Shown here piece by piece: positions 58,701 through 64,000 of a stretch of 64,000 bases of DNA. Under the pieces are notes generated by a model that ran no database searches, was not told the origin of the DNA, and saw only the letters and a program-made list of their open reading frames with translations. Position numbers and translations under genes: made by a program. Positions within the stretch are counted from its first letter, which is position 1. Each line of letters opens with the position of its first letter. Source of the stretch: the human T2T-CHM13v2.0 reference genome, Homo sapiens; the NCBI RefSeq assembly GCF_009914755.1, contig NC_060939.1, one strand, 5' to 3'.

Positions 58701-60354
58701 TGTAGTCGTCAAGGTTTGTGTTTTAAGGAGCCAGCTCATTTTATTAAATTGCATACATCAATAAGTAATATCCAGGAAAGAAGAGAACTAGAAACCTCTC
58801 CCTGGTGTGGTGTACTATTAAGCATGCAAGTTTCTGCTGACTTTGCATCCTCTCTGCCTTCACATCATGGGAATTCGTGACCAGAAGCCTTCAGCCTGCA
58901 CCCCTCCACCCATCCCAGGGTTTCACCATAATTACTCGGGACTCTCAAACATCTGTGCATCAATCAGCTGCCCATCATACTTGCTCACCCCTTCCAGTCT
59001 CTGGGAAAGCAACTTATTATCCAATGTGGAAGGTCTTGTTCTTGATAAGGTTCACTTTTTGAATCCTATGAGGGAGGGAGGGAAACGTGGCTGGAAGTTC
59101 AAAGCAGCCAGAGCCATTTCCAAAACACATTCTCCTTCATTTTCCGCTGACTCACTGTGGGATCTTGACAAACTCCTAACTAGAGCTGTGCCTTAGTTTG
59201 CTCAACTATAGAATCGGAAAAATGACGCATTCTTCTTAGAGTTACCTCTCAGATTGTGCTTCTGATGCATGTCAAGCCCAGTGGGGGCACACCGTTAGTA
59301 ATGAGACATCTTAGCACCAATATGTGCTTTTCACATTGGGCAGGTGTCAGGAGAGGCCTGGGGTCATAGGACCAGACTGCAAACAACACAATCCCAGAAT
59401 AAATCCTATTAATTTGGCATAATTGATGAAAATGAAGATTAGATATTTGACCAGAGATGAGAAATTCATGGGCATGAATGCTGCAGCTCTGATTACTTTG
59501 CATGTGAATGTGTGGTAAGAGGCAACATTTCTTTTGTTTAAAACCCTGTGCACCTAATTCACATTCAGAGAAAGGTTGTAGAATCATTCAGGCTCATTGA
59601 AAACAAGGAACCAGGATGCCAGCAAGGCCAATGTTGTTGTGAGAATGTTGAGCTATTAATTATAAAATAGCAAAACAGGGTGATTTTATTTATAGCAAAC
59701 TGTTGCTAGGCAGATAATAAAGACCCCTTTCAGAGCTTGCATTTATATATACATATATATATATATATGTATTTTTTTCTCACAAAAAAGTGCTAGCTTG
59801 TGTAATGATTTTTCAGATGAAATGAAAGCAGGACGAGGCTGTCAGCCCTGAATACTTGTGACTTTTAGACTAAAGTCCTTGGCATCAGCCAGCACTGCAG
59901 GATGGAGCAGGTGAGGTTCAGCAACCCTGTGAAGGGAGGCTAGGGTATTACCCGCACCCTTTAACAGCAGACTGAGTATATAAACTCTCACTAGACTGGA
60001 AGTGAGTGAGCAGCCCCAGGAAAGCCCAGATGAGCTATTGTGCCTTCCTTGGCTTCCCTACCTTCTGTTGTGCCAGGAAGGGTCGGGGAGCCTGTCTGTG
60101 GCCTTACTCAGTCAGATATCCCTTCCCTGGCCCCTCTAGAGATGGTTGCTACCTCCTTTTAGGAAGTGTGTGGGAAGGGGCCAATTTGCAAAGGTTCACT
60201 TGTGCTCAGTCCCTGCTAAGATGATCAAGCTCTTTTCAAAACTCAGGGGTTGGGCTTTTGCAGTTTCTGGATAGAAGAGGCCCTTAAATATTTGTGGAAT
60301 TCATGAATGACTTCATGCATGCATTTGGTCCTGTATTTTGGTCCAAGTAGAAGA

Positions 60355-61206
60355 TATGGTAGGTAGAAAAATACCACCTCCCCCGACAAAGACATTTCTA
60401 TCCCAATCCCTGGAACCTGTACATGCTACTTGATTTGGAAAAAGGGTCTTTATAGATGTGATTAAGTTAAGGATCTTGAGATGGGGAGATCATGCCGCAT
60501 TATCTGGTAGATCCTAAATGCAATCACATGTATCCCTTTAAGAAAGAAACAGACATTTAACTACATACAGAAGAGGAGAAGGTGATGTAAAGGTAGAGGC
60601 AGAGTGCTATAGACTGAATGTTTGTGCACCCTTCCCCACCCACCCAACCCTGCAAATTCATATATTGAAACCTAACCCTAATGTGATGGTTTTAGGAGGT
60701 GGGGCTTTTGGGAAGTGATTAGGTTATGAGGGCAGGGTCCTCATGAATGGGATTAGTGCCTTTTTCAACAGGCCCCAGAAAGCGCCCTTGCCCCTTCCAC
60801 CATGTGAGGATGACCATCTATGAACTAGGAAACAGGCCCTCACCAGAGACTGAATCTGCTGGCATTTTTGATCTAGGACTTCTCAGCCTCCAGACTGTGA
60901 GAAATAAATTTCTGTTGTTTATTAGCTACTCAGTCTGTGGTATTTTCTTATAGCAGCCCAAACACACTAAGACACAGAGATTGGAGTGGTGCAGCCAAGA
61001 GCCACAATTGCCAAAGGTGCCAGCGACTTGAAGAGCCAAGGCATGGATTCTCCCCTCTGGAGGGAGTATGGCCTGTGGACACCTTGGTTTTAGCCCAGGG
61101 AAGTTGATTGTATACTTCTGGCCTCCAGAACTTTGAAGAATAGCTTTTGGTGTTGTAAGGCACCAATGTGTGGTAGTTTGTAGAGCAACCACAGGAAACA
61201 AATACA
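60355..61206 (+). mobile_element. MLT1C-like solo LTR interrupted by MLT1A0
   Basis: aatccctggaacctgt...gatgtgattaagttaaggatcttgagatggggagat...acttctggcctccagaact...aggaaacaaataca; flanks gaaga/gaaaa. Confidence 0.85.
60605..60974 (+). mobile_element. MLT1A0-like solo LTR nested in MLT1C
   Basis: tgctatagactgaatgtttgtg...cactaagaca; perfect 5-bp TSD cagag at 60600-60604 and 60975-60979. Confidence 0.88.
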
Positions 61207-62119
61207 GAAAACAACCATTTCCTCCTGAATCAAACTCCAAACAACCAAATTCCACCTTGGTCATCAAATTTCAGAATAAGTAGCATGAGACATTTTTGTC
61301 CCACACAGGTATTACTGGGGCGATGTTATGAAGGTGACGGGAATTTTTTAAAATAGTTTTTAAAATTATGAAAGTGAAATGCAGTCATGGTAGAACAAAG
61401 AAGCCAAATAGTATGACAAAGTCTAAAATTCAGTGTGCCCTCCACTCCTGATTCCCGGAGGTCAGTCCTCTGTTTCTGTGTACTCTTCTTTCAATTATGA
61501 TGAATACAAATATACTTATATCTCCTTATTTTTATACAAACTAAATCATTCATTCACACCACACAGCACATTTTTTGTTCATTTAAAAGTGTATTTTGGG
61601 AGATCTTTCGGTATTTGTATATAGATAATTCCTAATTATTTTTCAACAATTGTATGGACATATCATAATTTAATCTGTCTAAACTGATTACTTATTAAGG
61701 AGAATGAGATATGCTTTTGCTTTGACAAGGACACTATGCCTTTAAACTGCACTTGTAAGATAATAAAATACTTTTATTTCCCTAAGTCACAGCAAACTAT
61801 TGTCATTGCTCTTAACAGGCAGCATGATTCATGAAGAGGCTTGGGTTCTGCCCAGGAACCCTAAGATTGTGGGAGAAGTCTGGGATCTTCTGAGTGATAA
61901 TATTCATCTGTGTCAAATGCAAACTATTGGGCACAGCCCAGGAAAAGAGAAGGCTCTGAAACAAATTGGCTGAATGAAGAAATCAATCAACACACTGCTA
62001 TTGTGTTTATCTGGGACCTTACTCGAGATCTCAGTGCTAGTAAGTGGCTGATCCAGGATGTTGACCCTGGCCAGCTGACACCCAAGCCCGTCCACACTCT
62101 TAGCTAATCAAGGCAAATA

Positions 62120-62672
62120 CTTTGGCTATCCATGGCTGCATTGCAAGCCACCCCGAAACTCAGCAGCTAATACAGCAACAATCATTTATTTGCTCATGAT
62201 TCTGCCATTTGGGCAGTGCTTGGTGAGAACCACCCATCTTCACTCCATGTAGTGTCTGCCTGCACTGGAATGTCCAAGACAGATCATTTTACTCATGTGT
62301 CTGGTGCTTCTGCTGGGTGGGTGGAACACAGGGGCTGATCTGGCATTTCAGTCTCCATGTGGCCTCCCCATGTGACCAACATGGGCTTTCTTACAGTATG
62401 GTGGTCTTAGGCTATTGGCTTTCTTCCATAGCAGCTGACTTCTCCCAGATCACAAAAGCAGAAGTTGCATTCTTTCTTAATTTCCAAACTTGGAAATTTA
62501 AGGACATCACTTCTGCTGCCTTGATTGGTTAAAGCAATCAAAAGGTCAGGTCAGATTCAAGGGGAGAGGAAACAAACAACACTGCCTCTTGTGGAGGGAG
62601 AGTCAAGACCATTGCAAAAGAGCCTGTGGGATGGGAGATATCGTGGAAATCTTTGGAAACACACTCCACAAC
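62120..62672 (-). mobile_element. MLT1H-like LTR
   Basis: ccaccccgaaactcagcagctaatacagcaacaatcatttatttgctcatgattctgc...gtcagattcaaggggagagg. Confidence 0.7.
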
Positions 62673-63249
62673 CGACAATTAAACGTGAACATTAGAAAGC
62701 TATTGTAGGAGAAGAAAGAAGAGTCACAAAGGGGAAGGAGTTTGTAAGACTGACAGATTACTTCCAGCCTGCAGAATGAAAGCCAGGGATCATGGAGGAC
62801 ATGCTTGAATTGGCATTGGTGGGTAGGTAGAAGTAGACATTTGCATGTGAGAAGAAAGTGGCTTCAGGAGCACAGTGTAAGCAAAGGCCTGAGGTGGGAA
62901 GGTGGGGTGTGTGTATGTGTGTGTGTGTGTTTTCATCAAAAGATCTAGCAAGAAGAGGGTTGAAGACCTGTGGGGTGATCTATTTCTAAGCAAAAGGTCA
63001 TATGTAGCATAGAGGTGGCTGGTGATACTGGCTTTCTTTGGTTCCTAAGGGTACTGCAAATAGGGTGGAGATGAAGACAAGTTCTCGCCCTCTGGCTACA
63101 CTGGCACGTGGGAACAGCCTTCTCTTGGAGGACTGTTGCCAGACAGAGGTATGTGGGCACCTAGGCATTGCCATTGACCTCAAGATGAGAGTGGAGTGGG
63201 TCATTATCGCTGCTCCCACCCTGGAGCTGAGCCCCCTCCTAAGCCCTTG

Positions 63250-63460
63250 TTGCGGCGCCTGTGAGGCGGGCCCAGCTGCAAATGGCAGCCGCGAGGTAAT
63301 TGTGGGAAAAATATGCTAATTAGCAGATGCCCACGATTAACTTGCCTTTCCTGTTGCCTGTCAAACCCAAGCTGCCTTTGTTGGAAAAGATAATTAAATT
63401 GGAATCAGATGTCTGCAGTAAATATTTTATTCAGAGCCGTAGATGACAATAGAGGAAGTT
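63250..63460. promoter_or_regulatory. Candidate developmental enhancer (motif-dense unique sequence)
   Basis: CAGCTG, TGTGGGAA, ATGCTAAT inside palindrome TGCTAATTAGCA, 2x CAGATG, TGTCA/TGACA, CTTTGTT, TAATTA, GTAAATA, ACAATAG within about 200 bp. Confidence 0.45.
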
Positions 63461-64000
63461 GACTCTCAGTCCACCTTCAAATTCCCACCTTTGTCAAAGC
63501 TCAGGGCCTGAGCTTGGAGTCTACTCAGTGAGCTTCTTGTTAAACAATCAAGGGACACCACTGGGTGCTTATTAGCTTATTAATGCTAGCATGTTGTCAA
63601 AATGCATCTTTGTTCCTGTAAGAGTGGACGAAACCTGTCTTGGAATGTGTGGAATCCAGATCGACTGGGTACTCTAGCCAGCATCCTCCCTGTGTGCCTT
63701 CCTCATGCACCCCGTTTGCTTCCTGTGTATCCGGTCCCTCCGAGGGGATCCGAGGGGACCAAGGGTTCTGCTCCCCTCCCTCACTGAGGCTTTCCCCATG
63801 TGCCATCGTGGTACTGGAGCTCGGTGCCTGCACACAATTTTCTGCCTCTCGTGGATGGCTCTGCCCTGCTCCAGCAGGTGACAGTCATGATGGTGACTTT
63901 GGCGCGGTGAATGCCCAGGAAGCTTGTTAGATTTCTTTTCTTCATGTGATGCGTCAGCTCTGATACATCTTATAGGATGGGAAAGTAAAGAGTGCTTAGG

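Noticed and set aside
63240-63920. Possible CpG island at the window end
   Set aside because: CpGs are elevated but too sparse over the length to call an island or gene promoter.

Overview
Primate (hominoid-type, most likely human) non-coding genomic DNA, intergenic or deep-intronic. I find no supportable protein-coding gene, tRNA, rRNA or CRISPR array. The six-frame ORFs are Alu/L1/LTR read-throughs or chance ORFs. More than half of the window is interspersed repeat: old L1M/L1MB/L1MC blocks, two L1PA inserts (one 5'-inverted), about 15 Alu-family copies, MaLR/ERVL/ERV9 LTRs, hAT/Tigger DNA transposons, MIR and L2. Family names come from recognising consensus sequences from memory, not from a database search. 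Most interesting observations: (i) a solo LTR12 promoter (51982-52693, minus strand) whose region just downstream of the TSS appears strand-specifically hypermutated at G/C while its CCAAT array is preserved; (ii) a chain of interlocking 10-11 bp inverted repeats at 51026-51080 that creates a consensus minus-strand splice donor downstream of that promoter, with the same fold-back architecture at an Alu 5' junction (37315-37353); (iii) candidate minus-strand exons (22331-22417, 5057-5104) suggesting an LTR12-driven lncRNA; (iv) an inverted-repeat-flanked micro-inversion inside an old L1 (6816-6907); (v) a motif-dense candidate developmental enhancer at 63250-63460.
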